Assembly: GCF_009914755.1 (NCBI RefSeq)
Contig: NC_060935.1
DNA from: the human T2T-CHM13v2.0 reference genome, Homo sapiens
Strand: one strand, 5' to 3'
DNA: 64,000 nucleotides
Below the pieces are notes generated by a model, which searched no databases, was not told the DNA's origin, and saw only the letters and a program-made list of their open reading frames with translations. Below, one piece after another: positions 1 to 13,181 of the stretch (positions within the stretch are counted from its first letter, which is position 1; every line of letters begins with the position of its first letter). Position numbers and translations under genes: made by a program.

Positions 1-748
1 GGTTGCTTGTTAAAGTTGTCAATTTCACTGAACCCTCTTCATGAATTGTTTTCCTGTCATGTTAAATAAATAAAGAATTTTTCCATGTTATTGTTTGAAT
101 ATAATGACTCTCCTGAACTGGAAACCTGACCTTTATACTGTGAATCCTCACTGCAGCAGAATTCTTTTTTTATCCGCAGTCTCTTGTGGGGGAAAATAAA
201 TTAAGTCTCTGAGCCATTGTGATTGTAAAGGTATGAGTAGGTATAAAGACCCTATAAACATTAATGGTATTTGGAAGAAAAGCAGAATTAAAGATTTTCT
301 TCTTGTTCTTCAGGGTTATCTAAGTAAACTATTGAGGAATACATAGATAATCCACTTATAAGAGCTAGAGGCTGATTCTGATAACACAGGGATGAGTTAC
401 GTTGCTGTTTGCCCAGAATATAAAATTAAAAATGGCCCAGTGTTAATGACTTCTCCTTTTCCCAAATGGACTCAGCATCTTCTGATTTTGAAGGTGATGC
501 TCGTTCTTGAATTCTCTAAGATCTCTTTCATCCCTTAGCCTTTCTGAAAATGTCACAATCTTAGGTTGGGACTCAGCCCCAGCTCCTTGTGGTGGCCAGT
601 ACTTATTATCCAGATTTACGCTCCGATGCTCTCTCCCTCTTGAATGTCTTTATATTAACCAGGTATTCCTTTAGAAGTTAGACTAGAATTGTAGCCCTCT
701 TTTTGATTATTACAAGAAGCTGGGCAATTCTCATTTCTAATCACTTGG

Positions 749-1140
749 TGTATGAGTCCATTCTCATGTATGTATGTATGTATGTATGTATGTATGTATG
801 TATGACAAAGATATACCAGAGACTGGGCAATTTACAAAAGAAGGGGGTTTAATTGGACTTACAGTTCCACGTGGCTGGGAAAGCGTCACAATCATGGTGT
901 AAGACAAGGAGGAGCAAGTCACATCTTACTTGGATGGTGGCAGGCAGAAAGAGAGCTTGTGCAGGGCAACTCCCATTTTTTGAAACCATCAGATATGGTG
1001 AGCCCCATTCAATATCATGAGAACAGCAGGGAAAGACCCGCACCCATAATTCAATCAACTCCCACTGGGTCCCTCCCACAACACATGGGAGTTATGGAAG
1101 CTACATGATGAGATTTGGGTGAGGACACAGAGCCAAACCA
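749..1140 (-). mobile_element. THE1 (THE1C-like) MaLR solo LTR
   Basis: Reverse complement of the THE1 LTR: TGTATGAGTCC...GAGACTGGGCAATTTACAAAAG...AATTGGACTTACAGTTCCACGTGGCTGGG...GAGATTTGGGTGAGGACACAGAGCCAAACCA. Confidence 0.9.
766..804. repeat. (ATGT)n tetranucleotide microsatellite, ~10 units, inside THE1 LTR
   Basis: Perfect ATGT run read directly. Confidence 0.95.
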
Positions 1141-2484
1141 AAGACGATAAAATCTAAATTGGATTAGGCACATGGTTAGGGTGTCAGAGATTATATTAAG
1201 AAAATCTAATTATTGCAAATTCCATTTCAATGCATGGAATCTTTCTCCCAGATGTAGAGACTTTTTATCAAGTTACTTAGGAATGAAGAGTACTAGTAGA
1301 AGCAAAATATATTCACTGGGAGTTCCTTCACAGTGAGGAAAATCTCAGTGGTGTGGATAGTCAGTTCCAGTGGTAAGGTTCAGTTTCATCAGACAATTAT
1401 GCCCATCTGTACTCATGTCACTGAAGGCATGTTTCTCTCCTGCCTTTAGGAAGAAACAAAGAGACAGACTAGCTTCCCTTGTTATTTCAGTGTGTTAAAG
1501 CAATCACTTACTGTTTATTATACTAATTAATTATCTCCCTATTTATTTTGTGCAATTATTGCTTTTACTTAGTGGGTAGATAATTCCTGTTAGCAGAAGT
1601 ATAAAAGCAGAAATTTAGAAAGATCTAAAACGCTGACTCAGAATTTGGCACTTAAATGGGAAAGTTCGAAGATATTCTTAGGATACTATGTCCTGGCATG
1701 AACTTGAATTGTTTTTCATCACTTTTTGAGCATCGGTTCTGCTTGCTGAATTCCTGAGTTATGGTTGCTCATTGTTTGAACTTGAAATGAACTGCCTTCT
1801 CTAATAGGCTTCATCTTCATTATAAGTTGATATAACAAATAAGTTTAAATAAGTAATTAGATGCCAGGGCTCTTGAAGAGTGATTTATTAGGAGAAGATA
1901 AATTTTTAGAAAACAAATATGAGGCTATTAAGATGTTGACAGAAGATGAGGACAGTCGCTATTAGAATTTTATAAACAAGTGTTAAAGAGTCTCTTTTTA
2001 ATGAAACAGTATATTTAAATAAGCAACTCATTGGCTGCATTTTTCCTTGACATTTCATTTTCCCATTAATTACATATTCAGTCTGGATATCACGATGTAA
2101 AAGCTTGATTACTAAATAACTGATAAAAAAATTGATGATGAATATTTCAGAGGTTTCAGGAACTCAGCCTCTCAGCAGTTCTTCTTCTTATTGATCCCAG
2201 CAATCTATTTCACAATGTGTCAGCAGACAAATGCATTTAGGTAAACTTGATATATTAAATTGGATACCATTTTTATCAAGATTCATATATTAAAGGCAAT
2301 CAGTTGACATTTTTCTGTAATCTATTTTGTGATCTGTCAAATTGATTATGTCGATGAAATCAAAGGAAATTTCCCTTAACAGCATTTATATTTCAGTGTT
2401 GCTTGAAGTGTTTTTATTCACTTACTAGATTGTAACATACATGTGTATTTTGAAATACTCTAATGATTTATATATATATATATA

Positions 2485-2718
2485 ATTTTTAGAGACAGGG
2501 TCTCACTCTGTTGCCTAGTCTGGAGTGCAGTGGCTTCATCATGCCTCAGCCTCCCAAGTAGCTGGGTCTACAAGCATGTGCCACCACCCCAGCTAATTAA
2601 AACATTTTTTTTTTTGTAGAGATGGGCTCTTGCTATGTTGCCCAGGCTGGTCTCAAACTCCTGGCCTCAAGTGATTGTCCTGCCTCAGCCTCCCAAAGTG
2701 CTGTGATTACAAGTGTGA
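2485..2718 (-). mobile_element. AluJ-like SINE with ~45-bp internal deletion, preceded by (TA)n
   Basis: AGAGACAGGGTCTCACTCTGTTGCC...TTGCTATGTTGCCCAGGCTGGTCTCAAACTCCTGGCCTCAAGTGAT. The GCTCACTGCAGCCTC...TCCTCC segment is missing at ~2541. Confidence 0.9.
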
Positions 2719-3036
2719 ATATTTTTGAAATTGTGAAGTTCTAAAAAAGAAATATTATTTAGATTTAATTGGGAACTTGTCAAAGACTATCTTAAATGAA
2801 TTAATCTTCTAGCTATGAATATGATATTAGAGAATGAAGGAATCAAAGTGTTAATGGTGTTTATAACTTCTAGGCCTTTATATTATTCCTGTTCTACTTA
2901 ACTTGAATAACATTATAAAACACATGAAATAATTTTATTCCTTTAGTTGTAATCATTATACGGTAAATTTTTAGATATGTATTTTTTAAGATGTGAAAGG
3001 GTATAGCTATTGGAGTCAGAAAAAAAATCTATGACT

Positions 3037-3345
3037 TTCCTGGGCTTGGTGGCTCACACCTGTAATCTCAGCACTTTGGGAGGCCGAGATGGGTGGATCA
3101 CTTGAGGCCAGGAATTCGAGACCAGCCTGACCAACATGGCAAAACTCCATCTCTACTAAAAATACAAAAAAATTAGACAGGCCTGGTGGCGTGCCTGTAG
3201 TCCCAGCTACTCCAGAGGCTGAGGCTTGAGAATTACTTGAGCCCCAGGGGCTGAGCAAGGTTTCAGTGAGCCAAGATGGCACCACTGCAGTCCAGCCTGG
3301 GCAAAAGAGGGAAACTCTGTATCAAAACAAAAGGAAAACAAAAAG
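3037..3345 (+). mobile_element. Alu (old, AluJb/S)
   Basis: Dimeric Alu with A-rich tail. Degenerate TSD AAAAAATCTATGACT / AAAAAATCTGCAACT. Confidence 0.93.
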
Positions 3346-3429
3346 AAAAAATCTGCAACTGATTCATGGTTTTGCTACTTTCATTATTTGATTTTGAGGT
3401 AGTAATTTGCTATAAACTTTTTAAAATCT

Positions 3430-3505
3430 ATTATATGGGGATAATATTATAAGTATTAGGCTGTTGTGTGGACTAAATGTGAGAAAATATAGAAAAGTAT
3501 CTAGC
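3430..3505 (+). mobile_element. MIR core fragment
   Basis: ATGGGGATAATATTATA...GCTGTTGTGTGGACTAAATGTGAGAAAAT resembles the MIR core. Confidence 0.5.
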
Positions 3506-3579
3506 TCATTCTTGTTTGACATTTGTTAGAGTTTAAGTACAGTAGTGGGCATTTGGTATGACTAATCTTTAATTTTCAA

Positions 3580-3990
3580 GCAATAACAAATATATAGTAT
3601 CGAGCGCTTACTAAATATCTGATACAGTTGTAGATGTCTTTACATGTAATACATTTAATGTTTTATTGTAAGTCTCTAAGTGATTATTGTATTAATTAAA
3701 TTGTAACATATAATTACATAACATATCCAAGGTCAACATTTTAACTTATTGTTTATCTCATTCATTATAAGATACATAATTATTTTATCTTAACACTATG
3801 AGAGAAAACACTGAGTTAAATTATGACTGTGCCATGTATGTCAAGAAGACAATCACTTTGAGATGTCAAAATGTGAAAAACGTGAATCCTTAAACTGGTG
3901 AAATACAATAACATCTAGTAAGTGGGAGAACTAGGATTTAGAACCCAGGCATTCTCTTTCTAGAGCTTTTCCACTTATTCATTCTACTAT
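3580..3990 (-). mobile_element. MIR fragments, probably interrupted by a small DNA-transposon remnant (MER104-like, ~3790-3906)
   Basis: GAGCGCTTACTAAAT...TTTACATGTAAT...CCAAGGTCA, then CTAGTAAGTGGGAGAACTAGGATTTAGAACCCAGGC. The insert reads GAGATGTCAAAATGTGAAAAA...GAAATAC. Confidence 0.45.
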
Positions 3991-4821
3991 ATTTTCATGC
4001 ACAAAAGGGTTCAATCGATAAGAATTTACTTATTAAAAAATGCACAAGGTCAACACATATACGAACTATCATACTTACTTAATACTTTTAAGGGAGGTAT
4101 TTAGGAGCAATAGGGAGGTGAAAAAATTGAGATGAAATGGAATTATGTGAAACAATATCTAACTCTTTTCTTGATTGAAAAATTATTGGGTAATTAATGA
4201 ATGCAGACACTTGATATGCATGAAATCAATATTTGTAGAGGGAATGATCAATTAATTGTGACAAACCAAACTAACATAAAATGTTCATAAATCCCTTTTT
4301 ACTTTCAGTTATTATTTTCTTTTATAACATTGATTTGTAAGGGAGAAAACATAACTTCTTACTAGATGTCCAAAAACAAAAGAAAACAAAACAAGAGCAA
4401 AGACCTTAAACATTCTTTCCCAAATTAAGGTTAGCATTCTAGTAATAAGAGTATTTCTACAATGTAATAATGTTCCTATTTACATATTCCATACTTTATA
4501 TTGTATCAGAGATATTTCTCTTGAAATTTAAGAGAAAAAGAATATCTCTGTGATCACTATTATTTTACTCTGACTCTAAAAGTTATGATCAATGCATGGG
4601 TCATGACCATGGGTCATGAAACAAAAATGATAAACTATAATCACTGAACTAGAAAAATATGTAGATACCTATATTTATTTACAGTATTTAACAAGCGTTC
4701 TTAGAAAGAGACGTAACTGAAAACTATTAGAACTAATGAAAATCCAATATCAAATAATTAAGTCAAATATCAAAGCAAGTCAGATACCAGCTATATAAAA
4801 ATCAATTTAGCCATAATTATT

Positions 4822-4976
4822 TTATTTTCTTATTTTCCTAATTTTATTGAGGTTTTCTCAATGATTAAAAAGTATATCTATTTAAGATGTACAACCTCAA
4901 TGATTTGATATCATCAAACTTGATGATTTGGTAAATATTATGAAATCTTCACCACAGTCAAGTTAATTAACATGCA
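4822..4976 (-). mobile_element. Short L1MA/L1MB 3' end
   Basis: T-rich tail, then TTTAAGATGTACAAC...TGATTTGAT...ACCACAGTCAAGTTAATTAACAT. Flanked by ATAATTATTTT on both sides (TSD). Confidence 0.6.
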
Positions 4977-4980
4977 AATA

Positions 4981-5039
4981 ATTATTTTAGAACAAAATAA
5001 AAAATTATTTTAGAACAAAATTATTTTAGAACCAAAATT
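4981..5039. repeat. Short tandem triplication of ATTATTTTAGAACAAAA
   Basis: Three near-identical copies read directly. Confidence 0.85.
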
Positions 5040-5622
5040 CTCAGTAAGTACAGTTGACTCTCAAAGAATGCAAGTTTGAACTGCATGGGTCTACTTATAT
5101 GCAACATGTTTTCAGTGAATATATTGTAAAATTTTATGGAGATTTGCAACAATTTGAAAAACTCTCAGAAGAACCGCATGATCTAGAAATATCAAAAAAG
5201 TCATGAATGCATAAGATATATGTAGATATTGTATTTACTACCATAAAATATAAAAAAATCTATTATAAAAAGTTAAAATTTATTAAAACATACACGCACA
5301 AACACCTGTAGACCCGTACATTGCACTCTCATTCACAGTCGAGAGAAATGTAACAAATATAAAGATGTGCTATTAAATCATAACTGCATAAAATTAACTA
5401 TAGTACATAAAGTATTACTGTAATAATTTCGTAGTCACCTCCTGTTGCTATGGCAGTGAGCTCAAGTGTTGCCAGTATCCCTTTAAAACACATTGTGATG
5501 CTAATCATCTTCACGTAATTCGTCTCTGCAATAAATTGTATATCTGTTAAAAGTGATCAGTCACAGCTCTCACATAGTTTTTCATTGTATGTTGTGCTAT
5601 ATAGTAAACCTTAAATGACACC

Positions 5623-7340
5623 ATAGGATCCACACAAAGTGTCACTAGTGATGCTGGGAATTTTCCCAAGAAGCACAGCGAAGTCATGACATTACAAGAA
5701 GAAGTGGAATTGCTTAATATCTACTATAGATTAAGGTCTGCATCTGCGGTTGCCCACCATTTAAAGATAAATGAATCTAATGTAAGGACCATTGTACAAA
5801 AAAAAAAAAAAAAGAAATTCACAAAGCTATTGCTGCAGCTATAGTAGCAGGTGCAAAACCTATGCTTTTTGTGAAATACGTTTTTATCTCATATTGATAA
5901 TGCAGATTTTATTTTGGTTCAGAATTGCTATCAGAAAGGCATACATATAGACTCTAATGTGATTGCAGAAAAAGCAAAGTCATTACATGACAACTGAGAG
6001 CAAAAGAAAGGTGAAGGATCGAAAGCTGGAGAGTTTAATGCCACCAAGTTGTAGTTTGACAATTTAAGAAAGAAGTTTGGCTTAAAAAATGTAAAGATAA
6101 CAAGAGAAGCAGCTTCTGCTGACAAAGAAGAGGCAGCAAATGAGTTCCCAGATACCATTAAAAAAATCATCAAGGAGAAGGGATATCTACCTGAACAGGT
6201 TTTCAATGAAGACAAACGTACCCTATTCTGGAGAGAGAAAAAAAAAAAAAAGCCACACAGGACATTTATTCATGTAAGGAAAAGAAGTGAGCACCAAGAT
6301 TTAGGCAGGAAGGGATAGGCCAACTCTACCGTTTTGACCTAATGCAGTTAGGTTTATGATTAGGACTGCCTTTATCTATAAATTTGCTAAGTCTTGAGCC
6401 TTGAAGGGGAATGATAAACACTAGCTGCCAGTCTTTTGGTTGTACCACAAGAAGTCCTGGACAATAAGAACCCTTTTTCTGAGTCCTTTGCATTGATGCT
6501 TTGTCCCTGGAGTAAGGAAGTCCCTCACCAGTAAGGGATTGCCTTTTAAAGTTCTTTTGATATTGAACAATGCCCGTGGCCACCCAGAACCCCATGAGTT
6601 CAACACCAACAGTGTTGAAGTGATCTAATTGCCTGCAGACACATCATTTCTAATTTAACTTCTAGATCAGGGGCTCATAGGACCTTAAGGCTCATTACCC
6701 ATGGTACTTTATGGAAAGGATTGTCAATGCTATGAAAAAAAGAAACCCTGGTACAGAGAATATAGAGAACATTAGGAAAGGCTGGAAGGATTACACCACT
6801 GAAGATGTCATTATTATAGAAAAAGCTGTGAAAGCTATTAAGCTTGAAACAGTAAATTGCTGCTGGAGAAAATTGTGTCCAGATGTTGTGCATGACTTCA
6901 CAGGATTTACAACAGAGCCAGTCAAGGATATCATGAAAGAGATTGTAGATATTGTAGAAAAAAAAGTTGGGGAGTGGAGGTGAAGGATTTCACGATATGG
7001 ATCTTGGAGAAGTTCATGAACTAATAGACACCACATCAGAGAAATTAACAGATGATGACTTGATGGAGATGAGTGCTTCTGAGCTATAACCAGGCAATGA
7101 AAAGATGAAGAAGCAGTTTCAGAAAACAAATTGACATTAGACAGTGTAGCAGAATGGTTCTGATTATTCAAGACTGCTTTTGACTTCGTTTACAACATGG
7201 ACACTTCCATGATATGGGCACTGAAAAAACTAAATCAGTTTTTCTTATGGTGAAAGAAAAATGTATAAAGTATAGGAACATTTTTAGAGAAAGGAAAAAA
7301 AGTTAGAAATTATGATGTATTTCCATAATGTTACACTGAG
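5623..7340 (+). pseudogene. Tigger2 transposase pseudogene (CENP-B-type HTH + DDD domain), multiply disrupted
   Basis: MTLQEEVELL..RLRSASAVAHHLKINESNVRTIV (HTH); EQVFNEDKRTLFW (~6193-6231); KVLLILNNARGHP (~6548, catalytic D to N); LDQG (~6662); ORF 6711-6983. Stops and poly-A frameshifts at 5799 and 6238. Confidence 0.85.
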
Positions 7341-7687
7341 TATGCTTGCCTCTCTTGCCTACCCTCCCAACTTCTCTACCTCGTCTGCCTCTGCCACCCC
7401 AAGACAGCAAGATCAACCCCTCCTCTTGTTCCTCCTTAGCCTACTCAATGTGAAAATGAGGAGAATGAAGATCTTTGATGATGCATTTCCACTTGATGAA
7501 AAGTATATTTTCTCTTCCTTATGATTTTCTTAATAACAATTTCTTTTCTCTATTTTAATATAAGAATACAATATATAATACATATGAAATACAAAATATG
7601 TGTTAATTGGCTTCGTGTTGTCAGTAAAGCTTTTGGTCAACAGTAGGTTAATAGCAGTTATTGGGTGAGTCAAAAATTATACATAGT

Positions 7688-7993
7688 GGCTGGCATGGTG
7701 TGGCTCACACCTGCAATCCCAGCCCTTTGGGAGGCTGAGGCAGGTGGATCTACTGAGCTTAGGAGTTTGAGACCAGCCTGGGCCACATGGCAAAACCCCG
7801 TCTCTTCCAAAGATACAAAAAAATTAGCCAGATATGGTGGCGTATTTCTGGAATCCCAGCTACTCAGGAGCCTGAGGTGGGAGGACCCCCTTGAACCTGG
7901 GAGGCAGAGGTTGCAGTGAGTCGAGTTTGTGCTACTGCACTTCCAGCCTGGGAGACAGAGTGAGATCCCATCTCAAAAAAAAAAAAAAAAAAA
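7688..7993 (+). mobile_element. AluJb-like SINE inside Tigger2
   Basis: GGCTGGCATGGTGTGGCTCACACC...GAGGTGGGAGGAC...poly(A). No clear TSD survives. Confidence 0.9.
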
Positions 7994-8052
7994 GGATTTT
8001 CAACTATGTGGGAATCAGTACCCCCAGGCTCTGCATTATTCAAAGGTCAACT

Positions 8053-8539
8053 TAAGTAAGCAACATATAAAATACCTGAAAAATGTGTTTGAAGCTCTAT
8101 GTAGGTAAAAATGATATTGAAGGGTATAAAATCATACATGATTTAGTGGAGAGACAAATTTTGTATGACAAAAAGTCTCAGTATTATAAAAAGATATGTT
8201 CTCCTTACTTTAGAATTTTAAATTCATATGAAAATTTCATTATAACTTGTTATATATTTATTAATAATATAAGTACACCTAAATACCAACATGATTTCTT
8301 TTTTTTGAACTAAAGACAATTCTAAGGTTTACATAGAAGAATAGACAGACAAACCTTAGAAAAAGATGGAATAATTAGAGGAAACTAGCATTTCAGATAT
8401 TAAATCATGTTATAAAGATATAATAATTAAAGATTTATACCAGCATAGGAATAAGCAGACTAGTTTTATGAAATTTTAAAATTCATAAGTAAACCTAAAC
8501 ACATATGGAAATTTGGTATAGTATGTTTTACAACAGTGT
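8053..8539 (+). mobile_element. Ancient L1M(E) ORF2 fragment, part 2
   Basis: Degenerate ORF2 3' region (ATTCTAAGGTTTACATAG...CAGATATTAAATCATGTTATAAAG...CATATGGAAATTTGGTATA). Confidence 0.6.
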
Positions 8540-9262
8540 AAGAAATAATATTTTAGGTCTTACATTTAAGTCTTTAATGCATCGTGATTTAATTTTTGTA
8601 TAAGGTGTAAGGAAAGGATCCAGTTTCAGCTTTCTACATGTGGCTAGCCAGTTTTCCCAGTACCATTTATTAAACAGAGAATCCTTTCCCCATTGCTTGT
8701 TTGTGTCAGGTTTTTCAAAGATCAGATGGTTGTAGATCTGTGGTGTTATTTCTGAGGCCTCTGTTCTGTTCCATTGGTATATATATCTGTTTTGGTATCA
8801 GTACCATGCTGTTTTGGTTACTGTAGCCTTGTAGTATAGTTTGAAGTCAGGTAGCATGATGCCTCCAGGTTTGTTCTTCTTGCCCAGGATTGTCTTGGCT
8901 ATATGGGCTCTTTTTTGGTTCCGTATGAAATTTAAAGTAGTTTTTTCCAATTCTGTGAAGAAAGTCAGTGGTAGCTTGATGGGGATAGCATTGAATCTAT
9001 AAATTACTTTGGGTAGTATGGCCATTTTCATGATATTGATTCTTCCTATCCATGAGCATGGAATGTTCTTCCATTTGTTTGTGTCCCCTTCTATTTCGTT
9101 GAGCAGTGGTTTGTAGTTCTCCTTGAAGAGGTCCTTCACATCCCTTGTAAGTTGGATTCCTAGGTATTTTATTCTCTTAGTAGCAGTTGTGAATGGGAGT
9201 TCACTCACGATTTGGCTCTCTATGTGTCTATTATTGGAGTATAGGAATGGCTGTGATTTTCA

Positions 9263-9967
<705 letters not shown>

Positions 9968-10339
9968 CTATTGATTGGAATAGTTTCAGAAGGAATGGTA
10001 ACAGCTCTTCTTTGTACCTTTGGTAGAATTCAGCTGTGAATACTTCTGGTCCTGGACATTTTTTGGTTGGTAGGCTATTAATTATTGCCTCAATTTCAGA
10101 ACCTGTTATTGGTCTATTATTCAGAGATTCAACTTCTTCCTGGTTTAGTCTTGGGAAGGTGTATATGTCCAGGAATTTATCCATTTCTTCTAGGTTTTCT
10201 AGTTTATTTGCGTGGAGGTGTTTATAGTATTCTCTGATGGTAGTTTCTATTTCTGTGAGATTGGTAGTGATATCCTCTTTATCATTTTTTATTGGTTCTA
10301 TTTGATTCTTCTCTCTTTTCTTCGTTATTAGTCTTGCTA

Positions 10340-10477
<138 letters not shown>

Positions 10478-11728
10478 TTACTCTTGCTTTTCTAGTTCCT
10501 TTAATTGTGATGTTAGGGTATTGATTTTAGATCTTTCCTGCTTTGTCTTGTGGGCATTTAGTGCTATAAATTTCCCTCTACATACTGCTTTAGATGTGTC
10601 CCAGAGATTCTGGTACATTGTGTCTTTGTTCTCACTGGTTTCAAAGAACATCTTTATTTCTGCCTTCCTTTCGTTATTTACCCAGTAGTCATTCAGGAGC
10701 AGGTTGTTCAGTTTCCATGTAGTTGTGTGGTTTTGAGTGAGTTTCTTAATCTGGAGTTCTAATTTTATTGCACTGTGGTCTTAGAGACAGTTTGTTGTGA
10801 TTTCTGTTCTTTTACTTTTGCTGAGGAGTGTTTTACTTCCAATTATGTGGTCAATTTTAGAATAAATTTGATGTTGTGAGGAGAAGAAAACATATTCCAT
10901 TGATTTGGGGTGGAGAGTTCTGTAGATTTCTATTATGTCTGCTTGGGCCAGAGATGAGTTCAAGTCCTGGATATCCTTACTAATTTTCTGTCTCGTTGAG
11001 CTGTCTAATATTGACAGTGGGATGTTAAAGTCTCCCGTTATTATTGTGTGGGGGTCTAAGTCTCTTTGTAGGTCTCTAAGGACTTGCTTTATGAATCTGG
11101 GTTCTCCCGTATTGGGTATATATATATTTAAGACAGTTAGCTCTTCTCGTTGCATTGATCCCTTTACCATTATATAATGGCCTTCTTTGTCTCTTTTGAT
11201 CTTTGTTGGTTTAAAGTCTGTTTTGTCAGAGATTAGGATTGCAACTCCTGCTTTTTTTTGCTTTCCATTTGCTTAGTAGATCTTCCTCCATCCCTTTATT
11301 TTGAGCCTATGTGTGTCTTTGCACATGAGATGTGTCTCCTGAATACAGCATACTGATGGGTCTTGATTCTTTATCCAATTTGGTAATTTGTGTCTTTTAA
11401 TTGGAGCATTTAGCCCATTTACATTTAAGGTTAATATTTTTATGTGTGAATTTGATCCTGTCATTCTGATGCTAGCTGGTTATTTTGCCCGTTAGTTGAT
11501 GCAGTTTCTTCATAGCGTCGATGGTCTTTATAATTTGGCATGTTTTTGCAGTGGCTGGTACTGCTTGTTCCTTTCCATGTTTAGTGCTCCCTTCAGGTGC
11601 TCTTATAAGGCAGGCCTGATGGTGACAAAAATATCTCAGCATTTGCTTGTCTGTAAAGGATTTTATTTCTCCTTCACTTATGAAGCTTAGCTTGGCTGGA
11701 TATGAAATTCTGGGTTGAAAATTCTTTT

Positions 11729-13108
11729 ATTTATTTATTTGTTTACTTATTTATTTATTTTATTATACTTTAAGATTTAGGGTACATGTGCACAACATGC
11801 AGGTTAGTTATATATGTACACATGTGCCATGTTGGTGTGCTGCACCCAGTAACTCGTCATTTCACATTAGGTATATCTCCAAATGCTATCCCTCCCCCCT
11901 CCCCCCACCCCACAACAGGCCCTGGTGTGTGATGTTCCCCTTCCTGTGTCCATGTGTTCTCATTGTTCAGTTCCCACCTATGAGTGAGAACATGCGGTGG
12001 TTGGTTTTTTTGTCCTTGCTATAGTTTGCTGAGAATGAGGGTTTGCAGCTTCATCCATGTCCCTGCAAAGGACAGGAACTCATCATTTTTTATGGCTGCA
12101 TAGTATTCCATGGTGTATATGGGCCACATTTTCTTAATCCAGTCTATCATCGTTGGACATTTGGGTTGGTTCCAAGTCTTTGCTACTGTGAATAGTGCTG
12201 CAATAAACATACATCTGCATGTGTCTTTATAGCAGCATGATTTATAATCCTCTGGGTATATACCCAGTAATGAGATTGCTGGGTCAAATGGTATTTCTAG
12301 TTCTAGATCCCTGAGGAACTGCCACACTGTCTTCCACAATGGTTGAACTAGTTTACAGTCCCACCAACAGTGTAAAAGTGTTCCTATTTCTCCACATCCT
12401 CTCCAGCACCTGTTGTTTCCTGACTTTTTAATGATTGCCATTCTAACTGGTGTGAGATGGTATCTCATTGTGGTTTTGATTTGCATTTCTCTGATGGCCA
12501 GTGATGATGAGCATTTTTTCATGTGTCTTTTGGCTGCATAAATGTCTTCTTTTGAGAAGTTTCTGTTCATATCCTTTGCCCACTTTTTGATGGGGCTGTT
12601 TGTTTTTTTCTTGTAAATTTGTTGGAGCTCATTGTAGATTCTGGATATTAGCCCTTTGTCAGATGAGTAGATTGCAAAAATTTTGTCCCATTCTGTAGGT
12701 TGCCTGTTCACTCTGATGGTAGTTTCTTTTGCTGTGCAGAAGCTCTTTAGTTTAATTAGATCCCATTTGTCAATTTTGTCTTTTGTTGCCATTGCTTTTG
12801 GTGTTTTAGACATGAAGTCCTTGTCCGTGCCTATGTCCTGAATGGTATTGCCTAGGGTTTCTTCTAGGCTTTTTATGGTTTTACATCTAATATTTAAGTC
12901 TTTAATCCATCTTGAATTAATTTTTGTATAAGGTGTAAGGAAGGGATCCAGTTTCAGCTTTCTATATATCGCTAGCCAGTTTTCCCAGCACCATTTATTA
13001 AATAGGGAATCATTTCCCCATTTCTTGTTTTTGTCAGGTTTGTCAAAGATCAGATGGTTGTAGATATGCAGCATTATTTCTGAGGGCTCTGTTCTGTTCC
13101 ATTGGTGT
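11729..13108 (-). mobile_element. 5'-truncated L1PA3/L1PA4-like element nested in ORF1 of the inverted L1
   Basis: (TTTA)n tail at 11729-11765, young-type 3'UTR with G-rich tract, and ORF2 C-terminus including CWRGC...HCWWDC. No TSD. Confidence 0.9.
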
Positions 13109-13181
13109 ATTGCTTTTGGTATTTTAGTCATAAAGTCTTTGCCCATGCCTATGTCCTGAATGGTATTGCCTAGGTTTTCTT
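13109..13181 (-). other. 73-bp filler, an inverted copy of 14338-14410
   Basis: 72/73 identity to the reverse complement of 14338-14410. Confidence 0.85.

Larger units (their letters stand above)
4680..5050 (+). mobile_element. Ancient L1M(E) ORF2 fragment, part 1 of the host element
   Basis: AAACTATTAGAACTAATGAA...CAGATACCAG...ATATAAAAATCAATTT resembles degenerate L1 ORF2. It continues after Tigger2. Confidence 0.5.
5051..8052 (+). mobile_element. Tigger2 DNA transposon (TcMar-Tigger/pogo), near full length, interrupted by an Alu
   Basis: TA|CAGTTGACTCTC...GTTTGAACTGCATGGGTCTACTTAT at left; TTATTCAAAGGTCAACT|TA at right. About 2.7 kb without the Alu, with internal transposase remnants. Confidence 0.9.

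Noticed and set aside
3016-3285. Alu-derived ORFs (also 7665, 19465, 26352, 28700 and 54831)
   Set aside because: These are standard Alu translation artefacts.
4507-4550. Hairpins at 4507-4550 and 27835-27864 as pre-miRNA or terminator
   Set aside because: They are too short and AT-rich, and are expected by chance at this composition.
6711-6983. 90-aa ORF as a domesticated TIGD-like gene
   Set aside because: It is a fragment of a stop- and frameshift-riddled Tigger2 transposase.
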